This document shows, in pieces, positions 19,872 to 29,092 of a DNA stretch of 64,000 bases. The stretch lies in NCBI GenBank assembly GCA_944393415.1, contig CALYAD010000032.1:2818-66817 (forward strand), given 5' to 3'. How positions within the stretch are numbered: the stretch's first letter is position 1; each line of letters starts with the position of its first letter. This DNA is from an uncultured Clostridia bacterium (GTDB lineage Bacteria; Bacillota; Clostridia; Oscillospirales; CAG-272). A model generated the notes under the pieces. The model did no database searches. It worked only from the letters and a program-made list of their open reading frames with translations, and had not been told where the DNA came from. A program made the translations under genes and the position numbers.

Positions 19872-19912
19872 TCACCCGTTATCTTCAATTGATAGCGGGT
19901 GATCTTTGTTTG
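19872..19912 (+). terminator. Intrinsic terminator after spo0A
   Basis: TCACCCGTTATC pairs with GATAGCGGGTGA (12 bp, one G.U pair), followed by TCTTTGTTT. Confidence 0.6.
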
Positions 19913-19963
19913 GATTTGACGGCGGATCTTCGGACTTTGCTCGGTTATTACTTTCTGCCGGGG

Positions 19964-20614
19964 TTAAATATTACGTGTTGATCTTCTTTTTTCCGCCTCA
20001 AGTGCGGAAAATCTGCATCCGCAATAATCCTGACGGTAAAGATTATATTGCTCGGAAAGCTCGCAGGAGCGCCGATAGCCGTTTCTTTTTTTGAAATCAG
20101 ACGGCAGATAGCTTACACCGTAAGACTCTGCGAGCTCAAAGCCGATTCTGTTGAGTACAGTGGAATTTTTATGCGGGCTTATGGAGAGCGTAGTACAGAA
20201 ATAATCGTAGTTATGAGAGCGAGCGTATTGGGCAGCGTGTTCAAGACGGAGACGATAGCATTTATGGCAGCGCTCTCCGCCCTCGGGAAGCTCTTCAAGT
20301 CCCCTTGATATCCCGTCAAAATCCCGAGGGTCATAGCTTTCTATTACGGTTTTAACATTTTTTATATTTTTCATCTCGGCAACAAGACGTCTCAGCTCAT
20401 TTGCGCGGAAATCGTATTCTTCCGCGGGAAATATATTAGGATTATAATAAAGGAGAGTAATATTAAAATAATCCGACAGATATTCTATAACATAGCTTGA
20501 GCATGGAGCGCAGCAGGCATGAATAAGCAGCGAGGGATGTATCTCTGTATTTTTTATATCCTCAAGTATTTTATCAAGCAGCTTCTGATAATTTATTTTA
20601 ATATCAGCGTTCAT
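19964..20614 (-). CDS. queH: Epoxyqueuosine reductase QueH (DUF208)
   Basis: LLIHACCAPCSSY and CxxCYxxR...DYCGC motifs. ATG at 20614 follows GAGAGGAA. Confidence 0.85.
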   Translation of the reverse strand: MNADIKINYQKLLDKILEDIKNTEIHPSLLIHACCAPCSSYVIEYLSDYFNITLLYYNPNIFPAEEYDFRANELRRLVAEMKNIKNVKTVIESYDPRDFDGISRGLEELPEGGERCHKCYRLRLEHAAQYARSHNYDYFCTTLSISPHKNSTVLNRIGFELAESYGVSYLPSDFKKRNGYRRSCELSEQYNLYRQDYCGCRFSALEAEKRRSTRNI

Positions 20615-20648
20615 ACGCGGTATTCCTCTCAAGCGTCCGGCGTCCGGA

Positions 20649-21356
20649 TCAAATATTGTATTTTTTTAAAAATTTCTCGATTTCTTCATTGTACGCCGCG
20701 CTGTTGGTTTTGACAATATTGTGACCGCCGTCTATCACGGCAAGCTCGGAGCGCGGCAAGGACGATGCGATAAGTCTGGTATGTTCCTCTTTTATTACGT
20801 CGTGACTGCCGACCAGAACAAGTGCAGGCATATCCATTTTGCCAAGCTGCTCGGGTGTGAGATCCGGCTCCTTTATCATCAGGGAAAGCAGGTCCAGCTC
20901 CGCACGCGCTTTGGGGTTCTGAGGATTTTTCCTCAAAGCCTTGCGTAGCTTTTTATAGTCTCTCTGCATGTCACGCAAAACATACTCCTTAAGACCGTCC
21001 GGGAACATATTAGCGCCGTTAAGGACCATTCCTTCCACCATTTCCGGGAACATGCGGGCAAATATCATAGCGATATTGCCTCCGTCGCTGTATCCTATGA
21101 GTACAGCCTTTGGGATTTCAAGCTCAGTCATAAATTCGCGCAGATCAACTGCGAACTGCTTGAGCGTAAAAGGCTTGTCGCCCTTCGGAGTTTGGCCGTG
21201 GCCTCGGGTATCCACTGTAATTACACGTCGGAACGCGGAAAAGTGATGAACGACGTAAAAAAAGCTGGATGAGTTGCCGCCGTTGCCATGAAGAAGAATC
21301 AAAGGAGCGTGAGTGCGGTCTGAGCCGCTGTCGGTATAAAAGAGTTCGGTATTCAT
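20649..21356 (-). CDS. Alpha/beta-fold hydrolase
   Basis: LLHGNGGN oxyanion region, the nucleophile elbow GYSDGG, and a C-terminal GGHN. ATG at 21356 (MNTELFY). Confidence 0.8.
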   Translation of the reverse strand: MNTELFYTDSGSDRTHAPLILLHGNGGNSSSFFYVVHHFSAFRRVITVDTRGHGQTPKGDKPFTLKQFAVDLREFMTELEIPKAVLIGYSDGGNIAMIFARMFPEMVEGMVLNGANMFPDGLKEYVLRDMQRDYKKLRKALRKNPQNPKARAELDLLSLMIKEPDLTPEQLGKMDMPALVLVGSHDVIKEEHTRLIASSLPRSELAVIDGGHNIVKTNSAAYNEEIEKFLKKYNI

Positions 21357-21565
21357 ATTATTAGTCAACTCCAAATAAAACAGTATAACTATTATATCAA
21401 TGAAACATGTGAATGTCAAGGACATTTGCTTTGAAATGGAAAATATTTTATATCAGAAACAAAATGAGTCCGCGGGCAAGCTTCAAATGAGCTGCCCGCG
21501 GACTGTCGTTATCAGGTTGTTGTATTATCAGGCACGTCACAGGACCGCTTTGTACTCGATCAGTC

Positions 21566-23818
21566 TCAGCCCTTTTTCCAAGTATAGTAACTGTAATCAA
21601 ATCTTAAGTACATTGCAGCGGTCGAGGGATCAGCGAGGTCGCCTGAGGAAATCCAAAGTGAATCGGCTTTCCAGTTTTCCGTGTCCTTGAATGTAACGCT
21701 TTTAAGGCTGGAGCAGCTATAGAACGCCATGTCTCCAATAGAAGCAACGCCGTTTCCGATAGTAACGCTTGTAAGGTTTGTGCAGCCAAAGAACGCTAGA
21801 CTTCCAATAGAAGTAACGCTGTCGGGGATAGTAACACTTGTAAGGTTGGAGCAGCTATAGAACGCCTCGTCGCCAATATAAGTAACGCTGTCTGGAATAG
21901 TAAAGCTGGTATTTGTTTTACCGATGGCATACTGAATTAAAGTTTTTTCGTCTTTAGTGTATAAGCTGCCTTCTATTGATCTGTATGCGCTGTTATTTTC
22001 CGATACAGTGATTTCAGACAGGCTTCTGCAATCAGAGAACGCTCCGGCGCCAATAGAAGCAACACCGTTTCCGATAGTAACGCTTGCAAGGCTGTCGCAG
22101 TCAGAGAACGCTCCGGCGCCAATAGAAGCAACGCTGTCAGGAAAAGTAACGCTTGAAAGGTTGTCGCAGTCAGAGAACGCTCCAACGCCAATAGAAGTAA
22201 CGCTGTCTGAAATAGTAACGCTTGAAAGGTTGTCGCAGTCAGAGAATGTCTCATAGCCAATAGAAGCAACGCCGTTTCCAATAGTAACGCTTGAAAGGTT
22301 GTCACATCCGGAGAACGCCTTCTCTCCAATATAAGTAACACTATCTGGAATAGTAACGCTTGAAAGGCTGTCGCAGCCATAGAACGCGCCGCTGCCAATA
22401 GAAGTAACGCTGTCAGGGATAGTAACGCTTGAAAGGCTGTCGCAGCCATAGAACGCCTTGTCGCCAATAGAAGTAACGCTGTCTGGAATAGTAACGCTTG
22501 TAAGGCTGTCGCAGCCATAGAACGCGTCGCTGCCAATAGAAGTAACGGTGTCAGGGATAGTAACGCCTGTAAGGCTGGAGCAGTCAGAGAACGCGTCGCT
22601 GCCAATAGAAGTAACGCTGTCAGGAATAGTAATGCCTGTAAGGCTGGAGCAGTCAGAGAACGCAGAAGGAGCAATCATACGTGTGCCGGATTTAATGGAA
22701 TAAGAGCCTGATATTGTGTCTTCAGCTTTAATTAAGTATTTTCCTATATACAGTACTCCGTTTTCCCAGTTTCTGTTATTATTGTAATACCCGGTGTTAT
22801 AGAACGCGCTATAGCCGATAGAAGCAACACTGTTTCCTATGGTAATGCTTGAAAGGCTGGAGCAGTCAGAGAACGCGTCGCTGCCAATAGAAGTAACGCT
22901 GTCAGGGATAGTAACGCTTGAAAGGCTGGAGCAGTATGAGAACGCCCGGTCTCCAATAGAAGTAACGCTGTCAGGAATAGTAACGCTTGTAAGACTGTAG
23001 CAGTATGAGAACGCAGAGGGGGTAATCATACGTGTGCCGGATCTAATGGAATAGGAGCCTGATATGTCTTTAGCTTTTATTAAATATTTACCGATATACA
23101 GTACTCCGTTTTCCCAATTACTGTCATTATTGTAATATCCGGTTTGTTCGAACGCGTCGCTGCCAATATAAGTAACGCTGTCAGAAATAGTAACGCTTGT
23201 AAGTCTGGAGCAGCCATAGAAAGCCCAATATCCGATAGAAGTAACGCTGTCGGGAATAGTAACGCTTGTAAGGCCTGATAAAAAGAACGCCTCGTCGCCA
23301 ATAGAAGTGACGCTGTCGGGAATAGTAACGCTTGTAAGTCTGGAGCACTCAGAGAACGTCTCGTCGCCAATATAAGTAACGCCGTCAGGAATAGTAACGC
23401 TTGTAAGGCATCTGCTGTTAGAGAACGCCCCGCTGCCAATATAAGTAACGCTGTCTGGAATAGCAACGCTTGTAAGGCTGGAGCAGTATGAGAACGCCCC
23501 GATGCCAATAGAAGTAACGCCGTCGGGAACAGTAACGCTTGTAAGTCTGGAGCAGTATGAGAAGGCTTCAGCGCCAATAGAAGCAACCGGCTTACCGTTA
23601 TATGTGCTCGGAATAACAATATCGGGGGTATCCTTACATGTGCCGATGCCGCTTACAATGTAATATGTTTCGTCATCGCTTAAGGTATACTCAAGTCCTT
23701 CGGTATATTTATCGTCGGAATTGTCTTGAATGTTATCGTCCTTAATATTACAGGCAAAAAATACACAGATAAGACAACATATAAGCGCAAAAAACAAGAT
23801 TTTTTTCAATACTTTCAT
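21566..23818 (-). CDS. BspA-type leucine-rich-repeat surface lipoprotein
   Basis: About 30 units of SVTIPDSVTSIGxxAFxxCxxLT. Signal peptide plus lipobox MKVLKKILFFALICCLICVFFAC. ATG at 23818 follows AGAAAGGAATGGTCAT. Confidence 0.85.
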   Translation of the reverse strand: MKVLKKILFFALICCLICVFFACNIKDDNIQDNSDDKYTEGLEYTLSDDETYYIVSGIGTCKDTPDIVIPSTYNGKPVASIGAEAFSYCSRLTSVTVPDGVTSIGIGAFSYCSSLTSVAIPDSVTYIGSGAFSNSRCLTSVTIPDGVTYIGDETFSECSRLTSVTIPDSVTSIGDEAFFLSGLTSVTIPDSVTSIGYWAFYGCSRLTSVTISDSVTYIGSDAFEQTGYYNNDSNWENGVLYIGKYLIKAKDISGSYSIRSGTRMITPSAFSYCYSLTSVTIPDSVTSIGDRAFSYCSSLSSVTIPDSVTSIGSDAFSDCSSLSSITIGNSVASIGYSAFYNTGYYNNNRNWENGVLYIGKYLIKAEDTISGSYSIKSGTRMIAPSAFSDCSSLTGITIPDSVTSIGSDAFSDCSSLTGVTIPDTVTSIGSDAFYGCDSLTSVTIPDSVTSIGDKAFYGCDSLSSVTIPDSVTSIGSGAFYGCDSLSSVTIPDSVTYIGEKAFSGCDNLSSVTIGNGVASIGYETFSDCDNLSSVTISDSVTSIGVGAFSDCDNLSSVTFPDSVASIGAGAFSDCDSLASVTIGNGVASIGAGAFSDCRSLSEITVSENNSAYRSIEGSLYTKDEKTLIQYAIGKTNTSFTIPDSVTYIGDEAFYSCSNLTSVTIPDSVTSIGSLAFFGCTNLTSVTIGNGVASIGDMAFYSCSSLKSVTFKDTENWKADSLWISSGDLADPSTAAMYLRFDYSYYTWKKG
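21700..23560 (-). repeat. Tandem ~69-bp coding repeats (LRR units) arranged as two super-repeats
   Basis: Near-identical nucleotide units (…aatagaagtaacgctgtc(a/g)gg(a/g)atagtaacgcttg(t/a)aag…) recur throughout. The NWENGVLYIGKYLIKA block occurs twice. Confidence 0.85.
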
Positions 23819-23995
23819 AGCTATGACCATTCCTTTCTTACGATGAATCAGCGTTTTGTACGGTTTGCCCCCGGCAAATCGACGCCGTGCTTTCGGCGCC
23901 GAAGTGACAATGAGGCAAGCGTGAAACAGAAGACCGAAAACCGTACTCCCTGCGTTACACAAGCTGTTACGAACGCTCGGTGTATGACGTAATTT

Positions 23996-24023
23996 ACTAT
24001 AGCATAAATATTTATTTTGTCAA
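23996..24023 (-). promoter_or_regulatory. Sigma-A-type promoter of the LRR gene (implies a ~170-nt 5' UTR)
   Basis: On the minus strand: TTGACA (24023-24018), 16-nt spacer, TATAGT (24001-23996). Confidence 0.55.
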
Positions 24024-24123
24024 GCTTTGTGAAATATTATCCGCATATATAAATTTTATGAAGTGTTTCCCCTGATCATTTATGTATCAAATGTAAATAA
24101 TTAAGCTCTTAACTAATTTTCAC

Positions 24124-24177
24124 TTGACTTTTAAATTTATTATGATATAATACATAGATAGTTAAGGCGTTAACTAT
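24124..24177 (+). promoter_or_regulatory. Promoter of the marR-ABC operon with an overlapping palindromic operator
   Basis: TTGACT (24124-24129), 16 nt, TGaTATAAT (-10 at 24146-24151). A perfect inverted repeat ATAGTTAA-GGCG-TTAACTAT lies at 24158-24177, and a related TTAAGCTCTTAACTA at 24101-24115. Confidence 0.6.
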
Positions 24178-24206
24178 TAATATGTTACATGAAAGGAATA
24201 ATTACA

Positions 24207-24719
24207 ATGCCGGATAAGATCAATGGACATAACAAATCCCGCGAGGTAGTGGGAAAAATGATGAGAGTGAACCGACTGCACAGAAGCGTTGTGGATAAAC
24301 GCTTTGCGGAGCTTGATATTCACAGAACACAGCATATTCTGCTGATGTATCTCCTGCAGAACGGGGGTTCTCCGTCTCAAAAACAGATCGCGGCTCATTT
24401 TAATGTGACCCCCGCGGCGATAGCTATGTCGATGAAAAAGCTTGAGAAAAACGGACTTATAGAGAGAAAGCAGGCTATGCTCGACAATCGGGTCAATATA
24501 GTGAGCATAAGCGAAAAGGGTAAGGAGATAATGGAGAAGAGCCGCCGGATGTTTGATGAGATAGACGAGGCGATGTTTGACGGTATTTCCGAGGATGAGT
24601 ACGAAAAGCTTAAAAGCATTTTCGACCGTATTACCGACAATCTGCTCCGTATCGGCGCTGAGGACGAGATTCCTTTCAAACGTTTGGTAAAAAACGGAAG
24701 CGGCAGCGGAAAAAACTGA
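24207..24719 (+). CDS. MarR-family transcriptional regulator
   Basis: Winged-helix region: TQHILLMYLLQNGGSPSQKQIAAHFNVTPAAIAMSMKKLEKNGLIERK...DNRVNIVSISEKG. ATG at 24207 follows GAAAGGAAT. Confidence 0.85.
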   Translation: MPDKINGHNKSREVVGKMMRVNRLHRSVVDKRFAELDIHRTQHILLMYLLQNGGSPSQKQIAAHFNVTPAAIAMSMKKLEKNGLIERKQAMLDNRVNIVSISEKGKEIMEKSRRMFDEIDEAMFDGISEDEYEKLKSIFDRITDNLLRIGAEDEIPFKRLVKNGSGSGKN

Positions 24720-24802
24720 GATCAAAGATGGAGCTTCTGATTAAAGCTGTTCTTTAATAATACTGAAACGCCGCTTTGGCGCAAGAAAGGAATGATCTAT
24801 AA

Positions 24803-26545
24803 ATGAAAAAATGGTGGAAATACATCAGACCGTATAAGCTGTATTTCATACTTGGTCCGCTGTGTATGCTTGTAGAGGTCGTGGGAGAGGTGCTGATGCC
24901 GAAATTTCTGGCTCAGATAATAAACAATTCCACGGGAGTCGGGGCGTCTGTCGGAGTTGATATCGGTATAATGTTTGCAATGATTCTTACCGCGGTGCTT
25001 ATGATGGCGGGAGGTGTCGGAGGCGCGTATTTCGGAGCGAAAGCGTCCGTTAATTTCGCGGCGGACCTCAGAAAGGATGTATACGCGAAGGTACAGAGCT
25101 ATTCTTTCTCCAATATTGACAAGTATAGTGCGGGCTCGCTTGTAACAAGGCTGACTAACGATGTCACCCAGATGCAGAATACCGTAAATATGCTGCTTAG
25201 GATGGCACTGAGATCACCCGGTATGCTTATAGGCGCGCTTATAATGGCTATTCTGCTCCGACCGTCTCTCGCGGTGGTGCTTTCGGTAACGATTCCGCTT
25301 ATGGTGCTGGCGATTATTTTTTTGATAGTCAAAAGCTTTCCGCTTTTTACTCTTAAGCAAAAAAAGATAGATAAGCTGAATTCCACCGTGCAGGAAAATA
25401 TAACGAATATCAGAGTCGTTAAATCCTTCGTCAGGGAGGATCACGAAAAGCAGAAATTCGCGAAAGCCAACAGAGAGCTGAAGGATGCCGGAATGCGCTC
25501 CATGAAGCTGATGATACTCATGTCACCGGTGATGACGCTGTTTATGAATTTTACAACTCTGGCGGTGCTTTGGTTCGGAAGCGAAATGGTTTATGCGAGC
25601 GGTATGCCTTACGGTGATCTGTCGGCGTTCATTACATATGTTTCTCAGATACTTACGTCTCTTATGATGGTAACCATGCTGTTTATGATGCTCTCACGTG
25701 CCATGGCGTCCTCCCGCCGTATACGCGAGGTGCTTGAGGAAAATGTGGATCTGAGCGACGAAAACGCAAGGTATAAAGAGCTTACGGTAAAGGAAGGCGG
25801 TATAGAATTCAGGGACGTATCCTTCCGTTATTATAAAAACAGCGAGGATCCTGTCCTTGATCACATAAATCTGAAAATAAAGCCTCATTCGACGGTGGGT
25901 ATTATAGGTTCGACAGGCTGCGGAAAGACTACGCTCGTATCACTTATCGCGCGGCTTTATGACGCGGACGAGGGGCAGATACTGATAGACGGCGTGGACG
26001 TGAGGGATTATTCCTTGTATAACCTCAGAGAGGGAGTGGGAATGGTGCTTCAGAAAAACGTGCTTTTTTCGGGCTCGATAGAGGATAATCTTCGGTGGGG
26101 AAACGAAAACGCAAGCATGGAGGAAATAGAAGCCGCGTGCGAAAGCGCTCAGGCGAATAAATTTATAAAAAGCTTCAGCGGTGAATACTCATACGATCTC
26201 GGGCAAGGCGGGAAAAACGTTTCCGGCGGTCAAAAGCAGAGGCTTTGTATCGCGAGGGCGCTGTTGAAAAAACCGAAAATACTTGTTCTTGACGACTCCA
26301 CCTCTGCTGTCGACACAGCGACGGAGGCTCAGATACGAAGGGCGTTCCGTGAGGAGCTCGCGGATTCCACAAAGATAATAATCGCGCAGAGGATAACATC
26401 GGTCATGGACGCGGACGAGATAGTTATTATGAACGACGGAAGGATAACCGGTGTAGGTACGCACAGCGAGCTTCTTGCGTCAAATACCGAATATCGCGAG
26501 ATCTATTATTCGCAGATGGAAAGCAGCGGAAGGGAGGGTGCGTGA
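24803..26545 (+). CDS. ABC exporter, fused permease/ATPase (heterodimer half 1)
   Basis: Six-TM domain, then Walker A GSTGCGKTT, signature VSGGQKQR and Walker B ILVLDD. Confidence 0.9.
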   Translation: MKKWWKYIRPYKLYFILGPLCMLVEVVGEVLMPKFLAQIINNSTGVGASVGVDIGIMFAMILTAVLMMAGGVGGAYFGAKASVNFAADLRKDVYAKVQSYSFSNIDKYSAGSLVTRLTNDVTQMQNTVNMLLRMALRSPGMLIGALIMAILLRPSLAVVLSVTIPLMVLAIIFLIVKSFPLFTLKQKKIDKLNSTVQENITNIRVVKSFVREDHEKQKFAKANRELKDAGMRSMKLMILMSPVMTLFMNFTTLAVLWFGSEMVYASGMPYGDLSAFITYVSQILTSLMMVTMLFMMLSRAMASSRRIREVLEENVDLSDENARYKELTVKEGGIEFRDVSFRYYKNSEDPVLDHINLKIKPHSTVGIIGSTGCGKTTLVSLIARLYDADEGQILIDGVDVRDYSLYNLREGVGMVLQKNVLFSGSIEDNLRWGNENASMEEIEAACESAQANKFIKSFSGEYSYDLGQGGKNVSGGQKQRLCIARALLKKPKILVLDDSTSAVDTATEAQIRRAFREELADSTKIIIAQRITSVMDADEIVIMNDGRITGVGTHSELLASNTEYREIYYSQMESSGREGA

Positions 26546-26546
26546 A

Positions 26547-28511
26547 ATGGGCATCAGATCTCTTGAAAAGCTTCAGAAGCAGTACGCCCGCGAGGTAAGA
26601 CAGGAACGCCGCGGACCGGGCGGGGGACCGCGGCGCGGAGCCCACGGCGGAGGAAAACCGAAGAACACCGCGAAAACAGTAAAAAGAATGCTCTCTTATG
26701 TCGGGGAATATAAGCTCCATCTTGTAGCGGTTCTTTTCTGTATGCTGCTGAGCACGCTTACTTCTCTTATCGGAGCTTATATGCTTTCGCCGGTAATCAA
26801 CCGTATACAGCTGACAGTTGACCCGGACGCGGATATCAAATGGTCGGCCGTCGGTAAAGCGGTTGACGGGATAATAGAAAAATTCGCTTCGCTGCCGTTT
26901 ATAGACGCGCTGATAAGTAAAGGCACTTATCACGCGGTGGCGGTGTATGTTCTGGCGGCAATAATTATACTTCTCACCGTTTATCTCGTGGGAGTACTCT
27001 CTTCTTACTTGCAGGCACGACTTATGCTTGTGGTTTCGCAGGGCGCGACGGAAAAGATCAGGAACGATCTCTTTGACAAGCTGCAGTCGCTTCCGATAAG
27101 GTTTTTCGATTCAAATACGACCGGTGAGGTCATGTCGCGCTTTATAAACGATGTCGATAATATCGATGTTATGCTGAATAATTCGCTTACCTCTCTGGTA
27201 TCCGGAATGGTATCGCTGATCGGCACGTTTATCTTTATGGTCACGACTAATATCTGGCTTACGCTTGTCACCGTGGTGTTTATACCTTTATTTATATTCG
27301 GCGGCGGATGGCTGGCAAAAAAGTCCGGGAAATACTATTCCGGACAGCAGGCGGCGCTCGGCGCGGTAAACGGTTATATAGAGGAGTCGGTCACGGGTCA
27401 GAAGGTGGTAAAGGTTTTTAACCACGAAGAGGTTTGCGTGGAGGAATTTGAGCTTCTCAATAACGATCTTCGAGACAAACAGCTAAAGGCTCAGTTTTAC
27501 GGCGGAATAATGGGACCTGTCATGGGTAACATTTCTCAGATCGGGTACGCTGTCACGGTAGGCGTCGGCGGAATACTGATGATAACCAGCGGACTCGGTT
27601 CTGGCGACCTCACCGTGTTTGCCGGTTATTCAAAGCAGTTCAGTATGCCGATTAATATGATATCTCAGCAGATGAGCACGGTGTTCGCGGCGCTTGCCGG
27701 TGCCGAACGTGTGTTCAATATAATGGATATGGAGCCGGAAGACGCGGGACGGAGTGAAAAGGGCGCGGAAAGCGAGATCAAGGGAGAAGTTGTATTCGAC
27801 GACGTAAGCTTTGGTTATCTCCCCGACAAAACGGTTCTTAAGCATATTTCGCTTACGGCTCATCCGGGACAGAAAATAGCCTTCGTCGGTTCAACCGGAG
27901 CGGGGAAAACAACTATTACTAACCTTCTCAATCGCTTTTATGATATAAACCAGGGAAGTATAACGATAGACGGGATACCGCTCAGAGAGTATGACCGCGA
28001 GTTTCTCAGAAAAAATATCGCGATGGTACTGCAGGACACACATCTTTTTACGGGTACCGTGATGGAAAATATACGTTACGGAAGGCTTGACGCGACGGAC
28101 GAGGAGGTAATAGCGGCAGCCAAGACCGCGTCGGCTCATTCGTTTATCATGAGGCTGGACAACGGTTATAATACGGTTCTCGAGGGAGACGGCTCAAACC
28201 TCTCGCAGGGACAGCGCCAGCTGATTAATATTGCGCGCGCGGCTTTGTCGAAGGCCCCGATACTTGTGCTTGACGAAGCCACCTCATCCGTGGATACCCG
28301 TACCGAGCGTCACATCGAACACGGTATGGACAGACTGATGAAAAACCGCACCACCTTTGTTATCGCGCACCGTCTATCGACGGTACGTAATTCCGACGCG
28401 ATAATGGTTCTCGAGCAAGGTGAGATAATAGAGAGGGGAACTCACGAGGAGCTGCTTGAGCTGAAGGGCAGATATTACGAGCTTTACACGGGTAAGAGAG
28501 AGCTTGACTGA
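26547..28511 (+). CDS. ABC exporter, fused permease/ATPase (heterodimer half 2)
   Basis: ATG at 26547 is 1 nt after the upstream stop and GGAGGGTG lies upstream. Walker A GSTGAGKTT, signature LSQGQRQ, Walker B ILVLDE. Confidence 0.9.
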   Translation: MGIRSLEKLQKQYAREVRQERRGPGGGPRRGAHGGGKPKNTAKTVKRMLSYVGEYKLHLVAVLFCMLLSTLTSLIGAYMLSPVINRIQLTVDPDADIKWSAVGKAVDGIIEKFASLPFIDALISKGTYHAVAVYVLAAIIILLTVYLVGVLSSYLQARLMLVVSQGATEKIRNDLFDKLQSLPIRFFDSNTTGEVMSRFINDVDNIDVMLNNSLTSLVSGMVSLIGTFIFMVTTNIWLTLVTVVFIPLFIFGGGWLAKKSGKYYSGQQAALGAVNGYIEESVTGQKVVKVFNHEEVCVEEFELLNNDLRDKQLKAQFYGGIMGPVMGNISQIGYAVTVGVGGILMITSGLGSGDLTVFAGYSKQFSMPINMISQQMSTVFAALAGAERVFNIMDMEPEDAGRSEKGAESEIKGEVVFDDVSFGYLPDKTVLKHISLTAHPGQKIAFVGSTGAGKTTITNLLNRFYDINQGSITIDGIPLREYDREFLRKNIAMVLQDTHLFTGTVMENIRYGRLDATDEEVIAAAKTASAHSFIMRLDNGYNTVLEGDGSNLSQGQRQLINIARAALSKAPILVLDEATSSVDTRTERHIEHGMDRLMKNRTTFVIAHRLSTVRNSDAIMVLEQGEIIERGTHEELLELKGRYYELYTGKRELD

Positions 28512-28512
28512 G

Positions 28513-29052
28513 TCAGCGCCGCAATGCTTTTGATATCGCGCGTGCGCAAAAATACGCCGCGATTACCGACAGGATGTCTTTTATTAGGAATGGCAGCGAC
28601 ATTGACAGAAGCGATGTAATAAAACCCACTCCCGAGATAGCGGAATACTGAGAAACGCCGCAGAAATGACATAAAAGCAGACCGAGTACACCGAAAAGCA
28701 CGGGGAAAAGCCCCCCGTGCTTTTTCAGCATTCGGTGTACGCCCAGTCCGCAAAATAAAGCAAGGAATATAAATCCCCAGAGAAATCCTCCGGTAAGTCC
28801 GGCGGTAAGCATATGTATTCCGCCCCTGAAGCCTGAGAATACAGGAACGCCTAAAGCTCCGAGTGCCAAAAAAACTATAACCGAGACGGTTCCGTACTTC
28901 ATTCCGAGAAAATAACCGCAAAGCGCTACCGCGAAGGTCTGCAAAGTAAGCGGTATACCGGTCGGCAGGGGGAAAGATATCTGAGAAAGCACGCAGATAA
29001 CCGCGCTCATCAGCGCGCAGCTGACTATATTGAAAGTGGTTTTTGATCTCAT
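28513..29052 (-). CDS. bioY: Biotin transporter S-component BioY
   Basis: SQISFPLPTGIPLTLQTFAVALCGYFLG is the BioY signature. The gene lies downstream of birA. Confidence 0.9.
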   Translation of the reverse strand: MRSKTTFNIVSCALMSAVICVLSQISFPLPTGIPLTLQTFAVALCGYFLGMKYGTVSVIVFLALGALGVPVFSGFRGGIHMLTAGLTGGFLWGFIFLALFCGLGVHRMLKKHGGLFPVLFGVLGLLLCHFCGVSQYSAISGVGFITSLLSMSLPFLIKDILSVIAAYFCARAISKALRR

Positions 29053-29092
29053 GGGAATTTTTTGATTCCTTTCATAATAATTTGCGTTATTA

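Noticed and set aside
21957-23619. ORFs with periodic 'ALQALLF/LTALLLLA' sequence (21973..22674, 23080..23619, 21957..22256)
   Set aside because: These are alternative-frame and antisense translations of the LRR tandem repeats. Their periodicity mirrors the repeat, not a real protein.
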